From: Patescibacteria group bacterium
GTDB taxonomy: Bacteria; Patescibacteriota; Patescibacteriia; 2-01-FULL-39-33
Direction of reading: 5' to 3'
DNA length: 64,000 nt
Assembly (NCBI GenBank): GCA_041662745.1
Contig: JBAZRV010000002.1
Coordinates: 149,785 to 213,784 of the forward strand
Shown: one piece after another, positions 1 to 8,488 of the stretch
Layout: the number at the start of each line of letters is the position of its first letter
Position numbering within the stretch: position 1 is the stretch's first letter
The notes under the pieces: model-generated
Databases searched by the model: none
Seen by the model: the letters and a program-made list of their open reading frames with translations, nothing else
What the model was told of the DNA's origin: nothing
Made by a program: the position numbers and the translations under genes

Positions 1-503
1 ACATAGCCCAACTGAGGCCGTTTTTTTATTTCTTCCAGCAGTTCGGCGGATAACGGATTATTGCCGATAATCAATACGTGGTTGGCGATTTGCGGCGATT
101 TGATTAAACCGTAGAATATTTTACGCCAACCAAATAAGAGAATAAAAGTTACAACCAAATCAATTATCAAGACCCTCTGCGGTTTAATTGAGGGGAAAAG
201 TGGTGCGAGGAAATAAAATAAAAGGACAGCGATAATGCCGTTGATGATTATGGCTCGGCCGTAATTAGTCAAAAGCGAAAAATTATTGTAACTGATTTTA
301 AGTTCGTAAAAATCACTGATATAAAAAACCAATAGCCAAGCCATAAAGATAAATAAAAACGCTCCAGCATGGGTCGGCCAGTTTTCTGATGTGGTATTGC
401 CCCAGTAACGCAAGACCAATGTTAAATAAAGCGCCAGATAAAGGCAGCCAATGTCGCCCAAAAACAAGAAGAATTTTTTGGTTTTTAGTATAAAACCAGT
501 CAT
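1..503 (-). CDS. Polyprenyl glycosylphosphotransferase (bacterial sugar transferase), N-terminal part. The gene continues past the window start.
   Basis: Manual minus-strand translation from ATG at 503-501 gives MTGFILKTKKFFLFLGDIGCLYLALYLTLVLRYW...LIIGNNPLSAELLEEIKKRPQLGY. This is a TM-rich N-terminus followed by a Rossmann-like start, typical of the WbaP/exopolysaccharide priming transferase family. It is absent from the ORF track because it is truncated by the window edge. Confidence 0.5.
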   Translation of the reverse strand, partial: MTGFILKTKKFFLFLGDIGCLYLALYLTLVLRYWGNTTSENWPTHAGAFLFIFMAWLLVFYISDFYELKISYNNFSLLTNYGRAIIINGIIAVLLFYFLAPLFPSIKPQRVLIIDLVVTFILLFGWRKIFYGLIKSPQIANHVLIIGNNPLSAELLEEIKKRPQLGY

Positions 504-611
504 AGGATTAATCAATTAACGAACTATTTATACCATATTTAGGAAGAAAAAACAAGTTTTATCTTAATTTAATTTGTGTTATAATGAAACAGGGTCAAAT
601 GCCCGCTTTTT

Positions 612-1043
612 ATGTTAAAGACGTTAAAGGAAAAAATTTACCTGTTGCCGTTATTCAAGCGATCATTATTCAGGCAATTCATTAAGTTCTGCTTGGTTGG
701 CACATCCAATTTCTTTGTTGATTTGGGCGTATATTGGCTGATGACTCGTTTGTTCGGCCTTCATTATCTTATTGCTTCGGTTATTTCTTTTTCCGTAGCC
801 GTTACTTGGAGTTTTGAATTTAACCGTAAATGGACTTTCCGCCATCATAACAATAATCTAAAGCGACAGTACGTTAAATTTTTTATTGCCAATATCGTAA
901 GCTTATCATTGAACTTGAGCCTTTTAAGCTTATTAATTGAATTAGCGCATGTCCCCGATTTGTGGGCCAAGACCCTTTCCGCTCTTATCGTGGCTATTTT
1001 TAATTTCAGCCTAAACCGTTTTTGGACCTTTCGTCGCCAATAG
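612..1043 (+). CDS. GtrA-family membrane protein (polysaccharide synthesis/flippase-associated)
   Basis: 143 aa with four predicted TM segments. FIKFCLVGTSNFFVDLGVYWLMTRLFGLHYLIASVISF is typical of GtrA-like proteins. It sits next to glycosyltransferase genes. Confidence 0.65.
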   Translation: MLKTLKEKIYLLPLFKRSLFRQFIKFCLVGTSNFFVDLGVYWLMTRLFGLHYLIASVISFSVAVTWSFEFNRKWTFRHHNNNLKRQYVKFFIANIVSLSLNLSLLSLLIELAHVPDLWAKTLSALIVAIFNFSLNRFWTFRRQ

Positions 1044-1119
1044 CTTGTTTGGCAATAAGGAATTATGTTATAATTTAAGTGTTAAGTTTTAGACTTTAGA
1101 AATTTTAACCATCAAGCCT

Positions 1120-2160
1120 ATGCCAGTTAAGAAGGCGATATTTGATAAAAAAAATATTTTGGTCGTCGGAGGAGCCGGATTTGTCGGTTCCAATCTTTGC
1201 GATGAACTGGTCAAGACCGCCAAAGTTATCTGTCTTGATAATTTTATTACCGGCGATCAGTCCAATATCGCCCATCTGTTAGCCAATCCTGATTTCAAGT
1301 TTATAAATCATGATATTATAAATCCGATTGAATTGGAAAGTCGTCCGGAATTAGCCGAGTTTAAAGTTGCTTTTCAGGGGGTGCAGGAAATTTATTTCTT
1401 GGCTTCGCCGACATCGCCCAAGGCTTATGTGGCACATCCGATAGAAACATTGTTAGTCAATTCAGTCGGCTTACGACACGCTTTGGATTTGGCGGTTAAG
1501 TACGAATCATCTATTTTATTCGCTTCGGCGCCGGCGGTTTATGGCGCCGGCACCGGTCCCATGCCGATCAAAGAGGATTATGTCGGTCCGGTTGATCAGT
1601 TCGGACCGCGCGCCTGTTATGCTGAGGCCAAGCGTTTTGGCGAGGCTTTAGTTAACAATTATCGTTTGACTCATAAGGTAAACACCAAGATAGCCAGGAT
1701 TTTCAATTGCTATGGTCCGCGTTTGAGCTTAACCGACGGCCGAATGATTCCAGAAATGATTTCTGCCGCTTACAGCGGAACGGCAATCACTGTTTATGGC
1801 CAGGAAAGCGAGTTTGCTTCTTACTTTTATATTACCGATTTAATCCGCGGATTGATGAAATTGATGGAAAGCGGGGAAAGCGGTCCGGTCAATATGGCAT
1901 CGGAATGGAAGATGGGCGTAACCGAAATCGCCAAAAAAATCATTGCCTTGACTAATTCTAAATCAGTGATTGAGTTTAAGGATCGTCCGGCTCATTTTGA
2001 AGCCCAGCCCCTGGCTAATATTTCTTTGGCTAAAGAAAAATTGGGTTGGTTCCCGATAATTTTAATGGATGAAGGCTTGCAAAAGACCATTGATTATTTA
2101 AGCGCGCAAAAGGGGATTAGGCGTCCGGAAACAACCCTCGGTTCCGGCCGGGCGATTTAG
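1120..2160 (+). CDS. NAD-dependent epimerase/dehydratase (UDP-glucuronate decarboxylase/UDP-xylose synthase-like)
   Basis: N-terminal Rossmann motif VVGGAGFVGSNLCDEL. Catalytic YxxxK region CYAEAKRFGE. 346 aa. Confidence 0.75.
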   Translation: MPVKKAIFDKKNILVVGGAGFVGSNLCDELVKTAKVICLDNFITGDQSNIAHLLANPDFKFINHDIINPIELESRPELAEFKVAFQGVQEIYFLASPTSPKAYVAHPIETLLVNSVGLRHALDLAVKYESSILFASAPAVYGAGTGPMPIKEDYVGPVDQFGPRACYAEAKRFGEALVNNYRLTHKVNTKIARIFNCYGPRLSLTDGRMIPEMISAAYSGTAITVYGQESEFASYFYITDLIRGLMKLMESGESGPVNMASEWKMGVTEIAKKIIALTNSKSVIEFKDRPAHFEAQPLANISLAKEKLGWFPIILMDEGLQKTIDYLSAQKGIRRPETTLGSGRAI

Positions 2161-2163
2161 CTT

Positions 2164-2826
2164 ATGAAATTGGCGATAATTATTCCGGCTTATAACGAAG
2201 CGGAAAAAATAAGCTCGGTGGTTTTCGGAGTTAGGGCCGCTCAGCCCGAATCTTTGATTGTGGTCGTTGATGACGGTTCTGTCGATGCGACGGCTGAACT
2301 GGCTGTTTCCGCCGGAGCGGAAGTGTTGAGACACAAAATCAACCGCGGCCAGGGAGCGGCGCTCAAAACCGGCATTGATTATGCTTTCCGCCGCCAGGTT
2401 GACGCGGCTGTTTTTTTTGATGCGGACGGGCAGATGGAACCGTCGGATATTAAATTATTGATTGATAGGCTGGCCGAGGGGTATGACGCGGTGCTGGGTT
2501 CCAGGAATTTGGGTCGCGCTCTGAATATGCCGCTAACTAAGAAAATAACCAAAAAATTAGCTCTGTATTTTACCCGTCTTACTACCGGCTTAAAGTTAAC
2601 CGATACGCATAACGGCTTTCAGGCCTGGACTGCCAAGTCTTTGCAGCAACTGAATTTGGGGCAGGATCGGCAGGCCTATGCCAGCGAGGTACTGCATGAA
2701 ATCAAACGCTTGAAGCTCAAATATTGCGAAGTGCCGGTAACCATTCATTACACCGATTATTCCATTAAAAAGGGACAAAGCATCTGGAACGCGTTTGGAA
2801 TCTTGTGGGATTTATTGATTAAATAA
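2164..2826 (+). CDS. Family 2 glycosyltransferase (dolichyl-phosphate sugar transferase-like)
   Basis: N-terminal IIIPAYNEAEKI and VVDDGSVD (DxD-type) motifs. 220 aa. Confidence 0.75.
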   Translation: MKLAIIIPAYNEAEKISSVVFGVRAAQPESLIVVVDDGSVDATAELAVSAGAEVLRHKINRGQGAALKTGIDYAFRRQVDAAVFFDADGQMEPSDIKLLIDRLAEGYDAVLGSRNLGRALNMPLTKKITKKLALYFTRLTTGLKLTDTHNGFQAWTAKSLQQLNLGQDRQAYASEVLHEIKRLKLKYCEVPVTIHYTDYSIKKGQSIWNAFGILWDLLIK

Positions 2827-2834
2827 TATTTTTT

Positions 2835-3284
2835 ATGTTTTTTCGCGAAAAGAGATTAAAAAAATGGGCAGAAAATAATGGTTATACTTTTAGAAGTAGT
2901 AAAGATGAAAAATTTAAAGGTTGCTATGCTTTTAACGCAAATGATATTAATATTACTGGCAATCGTAATGGTAAAAGTTTTGAAATTATCGAAAAAGTAA
3001 ATTTATCTTTTGGCGGTTTTGAAATAGAGAGCACATCTCGTGAAAATGAAATAAGAGTAAATAGTAAGAAAGTTTATCCTAAGCCAGAATCATGGTTACC
3101 TAATTTTTTTAATGACGGAGTATTGACTACTAAACAAATAGAAAACTTACTTGATGAGTATATAAAAAATGGTAAAATCGATTATAAAAAATATTTAACT
3201 GTACAACAAAAAGTAAGTTTGATTATTATATTACCCTTTTCAGCACTTATACTTTTTGAATTTATCAAGGTTATATTTTTTTAA
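2835..3284 (+). CDS. Hypothetical small protein in a very AT-rich ORF
   Basis: 149-aa ORF with markedly lower GC than its neighbours. It has a hydrophobic C-terminus and no recognisable motif. Confidence 0.3.
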   Translation: MFFREKRLKKWAENNGYTFRSSKDEKFKGCYAFNANDINITGNRNGKSFEIIEKVNLSFGGFEIESTSRENEIRVNSKKVYPKPESWLPNFFNDGVLTTKQIENLLDEYIKNGKIDYKKYLTVQQKVSLIIILPFSALILFEFIKVIFF

Positions 3285-3294
3285 TTAATTTTCT

Positions 3295-3630
3295 ATGCTA
3301 ATTCAAATCATTTTGCTGATTATCATTGCCGTCATTATTTTACGTTTGGTTGTTAAATACCGCGCCAAGGAAATGCCCGGCAAACAGTTCGCCGGCTGGC
3401 TGATTTTGTGGCTGTTGGCCGCCGTGGTTGTAATTTGGCCTCAGTTGACGGTGGATATCGCCAATCGCGTAGGTGTAGGCCGCGGTTCCGACCTGGTGGT
3501 TTATCTGGCTTTGGTGTTTTTATTTTACATTATCTCCCGTTTATTTTTACGCATTGAGAAATTGGAAAAAAACCTGACCAAAGTCGTCCGGGCCGAGGCC
3601 CTAAAAGAAAAAGATGATTCAAGCGAATAA
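3295..3630 (+). CDS. Small membrane protein (DUF2304-like), commonly paired with GT2 genes
   Basis: 111 aa with three TM helices (LIQIILLIIIAVIILRLVV...). Its position between two GT2 genes matches the usual DUF2304 context. Confidence 0.45.
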   Translation: MLIQIILLIIIAVIILRLVVKYRAKEMPGKQFAGWLILWLLAAVVVIWPQLTVDIANRVGVGRGSDLVVYLALVFLFYIISRLFLRIEKLEKNLTKVVRAEALKEKDDSSE

Positions 3631-4666
3631 AAAAATCGTCATCGGCATTGTTACTTATAACTCCCGCCACAAAATCGTTGATTGCCTTAATAGCGTCAAC
3701 CGGCAGAACTATCAGCGCGAATTGGTGCAAGTGGTGGTGGTGGATAATAACAGCCATGATTCAACCAAGGAATACTTGGCCGAAGCCTGGCCGCAAGTAA
3801 CGGTCATCGCTAATGATGAAAATCTCGGTTTTGCCACGGCCAATAATCAGATTTACGCTTGGGCCAAAGACCAAGCCGATTATTTGGTTTTGCTTAATGA
3901 CGATACGATTGTTGAGCCGAATTGGCTGATCCGATTGGCCAACGCCGCTTCCGGCGATGAGACGATTGCCGCCGCGCAATCTAAATTATTACTTTATCCG
4001 GAGAAGAATCTGATTAACAGTTTGGGCAATTCCATCCAATTTTTGGGTTTTGCTTTTTGCGATCATTATCGCGAGCCGGACAGCCATGCCACGACCGCTT
4101 TATTTGATTTGCCTTACGCCTCGGGCGCGGCTGTGCTTCTAAAGCTGTCGGCGCTTCAGGAAATCGGCTTGTTTGATGAGAAGCTATTTATGTATCACGA
4201 GGATGTTGATTTGGGTTGGCGTTTGCGTTTGCTGGGCTATCGCGCGGTTCTTGATCCGCTTTCCGTCGTCTATCATAAATACAATTATTCCAAGGCCAAG
4301 TATAAATTCTATTACATGGATCGCAATCGTTGGATTGTTTTATTGAAGAATTACCGCTTAGCGACTATTATTGTCTTGGCTCCAATGCTGCTGGTAATGG
4401 AGCTTGGCATTACGGCTTTTTCCATAAAAAATGACTGGTTTAAAGAAAAACTCAAGGGCTGGTCATGGTTGTTGAGTAATTTTGGTTATATTATGGGCGA
4501 GCGCCGTAAAATTCAAGATTTACGGCGAGTGTCCGATCGGGAGATTTTGAGTTTGTTTGTCGGCCCGATCACCAATCAAGAGGTGGAAAACAAGCTGTTA
4601 GCCTGGGTGGCAAACCCGCTCCTGGAAGTTTATTTTTTATTGGTTCGGCTGATTGTTTTTTGGTAA
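3614..4666 (+). CDS. Family 2 glycosyltransferase (rhamnosyltransferase-like)
   Basis: VIGIVTYNSRHKIVDCLNSV and VVVDNNSHD motifs. 350 aa. Confidence 0.7.
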   Translation: MIQANKKIVIGIVTYNSRHKIVDCLNSVNRQNYQRELVQVVVVDNNSHDSTKEYLAEAWPQVTVIANDENLGFATANNQIYAWAKDQADYLVLLNDDTIVEPNWLIRLANAASGDETIAAAQSKLLLYPEKNLINSLGNSIQFLGFAFCDHYREPDSHATTALFDLPYASGAAVLLKLSALQEIGLFDEKLFMYHEDVDLGWRLRLLGYRAVLDPLSVVYHKYNYSKAKYKFYYMDRNRWIVLLKNYRLATIIVLAPMLLVMELGITAFSIKNDWFKEKLKGWSWLLSNFGYIMGERRKIQDLRRVSDREILSLFVGPITNQEVENKLLAWVANPLLEVYFLLVRLIVFW

Positions 4667-4737
4667 AGGACTTGATTTTTTCTTAATTTTACATTATAAT
4701 TAAAAACACAAAATTCACTGCATTTAATAACAATGCG

Positions 4738-5532
4738 GTGATAAGGAAGGGGAAAAATATGGACCAAATTACACAGCCGATTAAGAGGATGGGCGGCGGC
4801 AGGATCGCCGTTTATATCGTTTTAATTTTGGCTCTGGCCTCTGTGGCTATCATTTCCATCGTGCGCGATCGTATTGTTAATTATCCGCAGAACTCGGTGT
4901 CTGTCACCGGGCAAGGCAAAGTGATTTACCAGCCGGACATCGCTATTGTTACTTTGGGCGTACAAATTGATAAGGTGGCCAAACCGGATGAGGCGCTGAA
5001 TCAATTAAATGATCGGATTGCTAAAATTGTTGCGGCGGTCAAGGCTTTAGGCATTGCGCCGGAGGATATTGTTACGCAGAGTTATTCGTTATACCCGCAA
5101 TACGATTATATCAATAATGCCAGCAATCTGTCCGGCTATAACGCCAATCAGCAGGTTACTGTCAAAGTGCGGGACATCAAAGTCAGTCCGGATAAGGTTA
5201 GCAGGGTGTTAGCCGAGGCCAGCAAGGCCGGCATTAATCAGGTCTTGGGAATTTCCTTTGATGTTTCCAATTTAGATGATCTTAAACAACAGGCCAGAAT
5301 TGAGGCTTTGAGCGATGCTAATAATAAGGCAATCAAGATGGCTTCGGCGGCTGAGGTGAAGTTGGGGCGGATTACCGGTTGGTGGGAGAATTACGTGCAG
5401 GGTCCGGGCCAAGGCGTTTCTTATTACGCCGATAAGGGTGGTTTGGGCGGCGGCGGTAGCGTGAGCGCTACAATTCCGACCGGCAGTTATGAGATTGTGG
5501 TGGAGATGAATGTAAATTACAAATTAAAATAA
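4738..5532 (+). CDS. SIMPL-domain (DUF541) secreted/membrane-anchored protein
   Basis: N-terminal TM anchor, then VSVTGQGKVIYQPDIAIVTLGVQ and a C-terminal glycine-rich tail. This pattern is typical of SIMPL/26-kDa periplasmic immunogenic proteins. Confidence 0.55.
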   Translation: MIRKGKNMDQITQPIKRMGGGRIAVYIVLILALASVAIISIVRDRIVNYPQNSVSVTGQGKVIYQPDIAIVTLGVQIDKVAKPDEALNQLNDRIAKIVAAVKALGIAPEDIVTQSYSLYPQYDYINNASNLSGYNANQQVTVKVRDIKVSPDKVSRVLAEASKAGINQVLGISFDVSNLDDLKQQARIEALSDANNKAIKMASAAEVKLGRITGWWENYVQGPGQGVSYYADKGGLGGGGSVSATIPTGSYEIVVEMNVNYKLK

Positions 5533-5640
5533 GAATTAAGATATTTTATTGCCATATTTGAGTGAAGCGAAGGGTTTGGCGGTTTTAACGGAACCGAGCG
5601 CCCTTCGCTTCATTACTCTATAATTCGGAATAACAAATAA

Positions 5641-5711
5641 GGGCCTATAGTCTAGTGGTACGACGCTACATTCGCATTGTAGAGGCGGCGGTTCGATTCC
5701 GCCTAGGTCCA
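5641..5711 (+). tRNA. tRNA-Ala (anticodon CGC)
   Basis: Cloverleaf folded by hand. Acceptor stem GGGCCTA/TAGGTCC with the diagnostic G3:U70 Ala identity pair. Anticodon stem CTACA/TGTAG, loop TTCGCAT, so anticodon CGC. T-arm GGCGG-TTCGATT-CCGCC. Discriminator A. No encoded CCA. Confidence 0.9.
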
Positions 5712-5716
5712 CATAT

Positions 5717-5793
5717 GGACATTTAGCTCAGTTGGTTAGAGCGTTCGATTCACATTCGAAAGGTCACAGGTTCGAATCCTGTAATGTCCACCA
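5717..5793 (+). tRNA. tRNA-Val (anticodon CAC), CCA encoded
   Basis: Acceptor GGACATT/AATGTCC. D-stem GCTC/GAGC. Anticodon stem TTCGA/TCGAA, loop TTCACAT, so anticodon CAC. T-arm ACAGG-TTCGAAT-CCTGT. Discriminator A, then CCA. Confidence 0.9.
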
Positions 5794-7248
5794 GTTCGGA
5801 AATGTCAAATTTTGTTGGTTATTTTGGCCGCCTTGGGCGACCAAATCATACGGAATTTTAAAGTCCAAAAGCAATTGGCGGTTTTGTAAAATGCGGTTCG
5901 ACCCGATATTTTTTAGAAATGCAGCCAGTTCCTTTTTCTCTGGGCTCTGCATTAGGATATTGGCTTGGTTGAGCGATAAAATAAACTCACGAGCCGGTTC
6001 GACCCAAGAAACGCCATTCTGTTCAAAATCTTGGATTTTCTCATTAAGTTCTAACTTTCGAGTTAGGATTTTTTGTTTTCTACTGGTATATTCTTCAGTC
6101 GTGATTGTCTCGCTTAAATAGACATCAAGCAGTTTTTCTAATCGCTGGTTAATATTTTCCAATTCGCTTTTAAGATTTTGAACAGTAATGATTGCCTCGC
6201 CCTTAGCCTGTTTTTCCTCTTTGTCTATCTCAAACAATATTTTCTCGGTTTCTTGAGTCGAAATAGAAACTTTTTGAAGATAATTTTTTATCTGATTTTC
6301 CAATTCTTCTTCGCGTAAAAAATGTTTTTCGAGGCAATTCTGCTTTTTCTTGGTACAACGATAATAATTATGGCCTTTCTGTGTCTCGGCCGTAATACTG
6401 CAACCGCAAGAACATTTCAGTAGTCCAACAAAGGGAAAATCATGCTTTTTAATCCTGCCTCGCTTCTTGCCTCTTTGTCGCATGACATTTTTTACTTCTT
6501 CAAAAAGTTTCTTAGAAATCAACGGCTCGTGAGTGCCCTCAAATACTTCTCCGTCATATTTCATTAGCCCAGTATAGAAAATGTTTTGCAAAAGCGTGAA
6601 GAAATAACTTGTCCTAACTCTTTTGCCGTGAAAGCCCGTCAAATGGTGTTCTTCGCAGAACCTCTCTAAATCGCCCAATGAATAATCCTCAGTGGCGTAG
6701 AGGTCAAATATCTGTCTAATTAGCGGGCCTTTAATAGGGTCGACATCTATACCTCTCGTTTTGGGATTATTCAAATAGCCAATCGGGGCAAGCGAAGGCC
6801 AAACGCCATTTCTAATCTTTTGCCTCATGCCTCGTTTTACATTTTCTCGCAAGTTGTCGATATAGTATTTGCTTTGGCCAAAAGCGATACTAAGCATGAA
6901 TAATCCTTGCGGAGTGGGCTCAAACCAAAAGGTGGGGAATTTGAGGGCTTTTATCGCTCCCTTATCAATCATATGGATTATCTTGCCACCATCAACGCTG
7001 TTTCTCGCCAATCTATCGGGGTGCCACGAAATAATACCACTTGCTTCGCCTTTTTCGATTCTGGCTAGCATTTCGCCGAATATTATTCGGCCTGGCTCTT
7101 TGGCAGTCTTGGCTTCCTGAAAGGAAGCGACAATTTCCAGTTTTTCTTTGGCGGCAAATTCTTTTAATTCAACTAATTGGGCTTCTATAGACAGTATCTG
7201 CCTATCTTCTTCCTCAGTACTCTTGCGAGCGTAAATAAAGTACTTCAT
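5764..7248 (-). CDS. Large serine recombinase (resolvase/invertase-type catalytic domain, recombinase domain, zinc ribbon and coiled coil)
   Basis: N-terminus YARKST (catalytic Ser) through SWHPDRLAR. A Cys-rich zinc-ribbon CSCGCS...YYRC. A long coiled-coil C-terminus. The reading frame runs through the 100-bp flank element into the tRNA-Val gene before reaching a stop, so the true C-terminus is uncertain. Confidence 0.85.
   Translation of the reverse strand: MKYFIYARKSTEEEDRQILSIEAQLVELKEFAAKEKLEIVASFQEAKTAKEPGRIIFGEMLARIEKGEASGIISWHPDRLARNSVDGGKIIHMIDKGAIKALKFPTFWFEPTPQGLFMLSIAFGQSKYYIDNLRENVKRGMRQKIRNGVWPSLAPIGYLNNPKTRGIDVDPIKGPLIRQIFDLYATEDYSLGDLERFCEEHHLTGFHGKRVRTSYFFTLLQNIFYTGLMKYDGEVFEGTHEPLISKKLFEEVKNVMRQRGKKRGRIKKHDFPFVGLLKCSCGCSITAETQKGHNYYRCTKKKQNCLEKHFLREEELENQIKNYLQKVSISTQETEKILFEIDKEEKQAKGEAIITVQNLKSELENINQRLEKLLDVYLSETITTEEYTSRKQKILTRKLELNEKIQDFEQNGVSWVEPAREFILSLNQANILMQSPEKKELAAFLKNIGSNRILQNRQLLLDFKIPYDLVAQGGQNNQQNLTFPNWWTLQDSNL
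5785..5886 (+). repeat. ~100-bp tRNA-3'-flank element (copy 1, forward): the CCACCA end of tRNA-Val plus about 95 bp
   Basis: Exact reverse-complement copy at 7307-7405. A related (~85% identical) element lies immediately 3' of tRNA-Lys at 46603-46690. Confidence 0.85.
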
Positions 7249-7306
7249 GATGAGATTAATTAATGATTAATAATTTAGAATTTAAAAATTTTCTTTTACC
7301 CTAATT

Positions 7307-7405
7307 CAAAACCGCCAATTGCTTTTGGACTTTAAAATTCCGTATGATTTGGTCGCCCAAGGCGGCCAAAATAACCAACAAAATTTGACATTTCCGAACT
7401 GGTGG
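7307..7405 (-). repeat. Inverted exact copy of the 100-bp tRNA-3'-flank element (copy 2), including an inverted CCACCA
   Basis: The reverse complement of 7307-7405 equals 5785-5886. Translation of both copies yields identical peptide strings in the ORF track (…HQFGNVKFCWLFWPPWATKSYGILKSKSNWRF). Confidence 0.85.
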
Positions 7406-7494
7406 AGGATAATGGACATAGCTCGAACGCATTTTCGGGCCGTCGCAGACGGCACTGATTTTCCCCCAAAAATTAAGCCCGAATTCTGAACTTT
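7400..7494 (-). repeat. Inverted exact copy of the terminal ~95 bp of AT-rich repeat-family copy A
   Basis: The reverse complement of 7400-7494 equals 8385-8479. Both copies carry the hairpin GCCGTCTGCGACGGC. The MRSSYVHYPPP peptide appears in two different ORFs of the track. Confidence 0.85.
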
Positions 7495-7598
7495 CAAGAC
7501 TGCCAATGAGCCAGAAAAAATATCGGGTCGAACCGCATTTTGGGTAAAAGAAAATTTTTAAATTCATTATTAACATAATTAATTAACTCATAAATAAT

Positions 7599-8264
7599 AT
7601 GAACCAAAAAACTTTAAACATTATTTTTGGAATCGTCATCGTTATTTTAGTTGTGGCTGTAGCCTATTTTGCTTTTGGTAAAAAAGCTGAACAGTTAAGT
7701 GATCAAAATGAAAACATTAATGTTCCTTTGGTGGACAACAATCAAAATTTACCAACAGCCGAACAGAATCAGAATGTTAATGAGCCAGCAGTGGCCGTGA
7801 ATACAAACCAGCCAGTGGTAAATCCCACTCCACCTACAAATCCGATGGCTGACTGGAAATCATACAATAGTAGCAGTTTTAGTATAAAGTATCCTACTTA
7901 TTTATCGCAAAAAGCCAAAGAAGATGAAGTTAAATCGCCAGTAACTTCGATAGTATCTTTTCAGGGTACTGCACCTCAAAGCAATTACGGTTCTCTGCTT
8001 TCAATTGAACAAATGGTCAATCAAGGCGGATTAACTTTAACTGATTGGACTAATGAAATAATTTCTCAATCAAAATGGATTAAGCAAGGTTCGGTAAAAA
8101 TATCCGGTCAAACTGCTTATATCCTGGTTTTACCAGAAACTGATGCTGGTGCGCGTTACTTTTTCTTGAGTAAAGACGGCCGAACAATGTTTGTTATGAC
8201 AATACAGCATTTTGATCAAACAACAATTGATTCAATTATTTCCTCATTCTTATTGAAAAAATAA
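7599..8264 (+). CDS. Hypothetical membrane-anchored/secreted protein with a Q/N/P-rich linker (cargo between the nested inverted repeats)
   Basis: N-terminal TM segment IIFGIVIVILVVAVAYFAF, a low-complexity N/Q-rich segment, and a C-terminal globular part. No recognisable family. Confidence 0.45.
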   Translation: MNQKTLNIIFGIVIVILVVAVAYFAFGKKAEQLSDQNENINVPLVDNNQNLPTAEQNQNVNEPAVAVNTNQPVVNPTPPTNPMADWKSYNSSSFSIKYPTYLSQKAKEDEVKSPVTSIVSFQGTAPQSNYGSLLSIEQMVNQGGLTLTDWTNEIISQSKWIKQGSVKISGQTAYILVLPETDAGARYFFLSKDGRTMFVMTIQHFDQTTIDSIISSFLLKK

Positions 8265-8281
8265 TATTCTGATTAAGAATT

Positions 8282-8479
8282 AAAAGAATTTGCCGCCAAA
8301 TCAATAAATTTTCAAACTCTGAATTATTTGAAAATTTATTGAGATGATTTTTAGTAAAAAATCATTGAAAAACTGGAAATTGTCAAAGTTCAGAATTCGG
8401 GCTTAATTTTTGGGGGAAAATCAGTGCCGTCTGCGACGGCCCGAAAATGCGTTCGAGCTATGTCCATTATCCTCCACCA
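8282..8479 (+). repeat. AT-rich non-coding repeat family, copy A (~200 bp), ending in CCACCA
   Basis: It shares AAAAGAATTTGCCGCCAAATC…CATTGAAAAACTGGAAATTG…hairpin…AAAATGCGTTCGAGCTAT with copies at 48447-48645 and 49256-49375. Confidence 0.75.
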
Positions 8480-8488
8480 ATATATCTT

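Larger units (their letters stand above)
5785..8479. mobile_element. tRNA-Val-associated recombination module. It contains a large serine recombinase, a nested inverted-repeat system, and a small cargo gene.
   Basis: It begins at the 3' end of tRNA-Val. It is bounded by copies of a repeat ending in CCACCA at 5785-5790, 7400-7405 (inverted) and 8474-8479. It contains the recombinase and a 221-aa secreted protein. See the repeat features and findings. Confidence 0.5.

Noticed and set aside
5732-6121. 129-aa plus-strand ORF starting inside tRNA-Val
   Set aside because: It is the translation of the tRNA gene plus the 100-bp flank repeat. The same peptide string reappears at 7306-7506 (minus), which simply reflects the inverted DNA repeat. 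It overlaps the recombinase gene. Not a gene.
7301-7576. 91- and 66-aa minus-strand ORFs between the recombinase and the 221-aa gene
   Set aside because: They are read-through of the inverted repeat copies (peptides MRSSYVHYPPP… and …HQFGNVKFCW… are repeat translations). No independent coding evidence.
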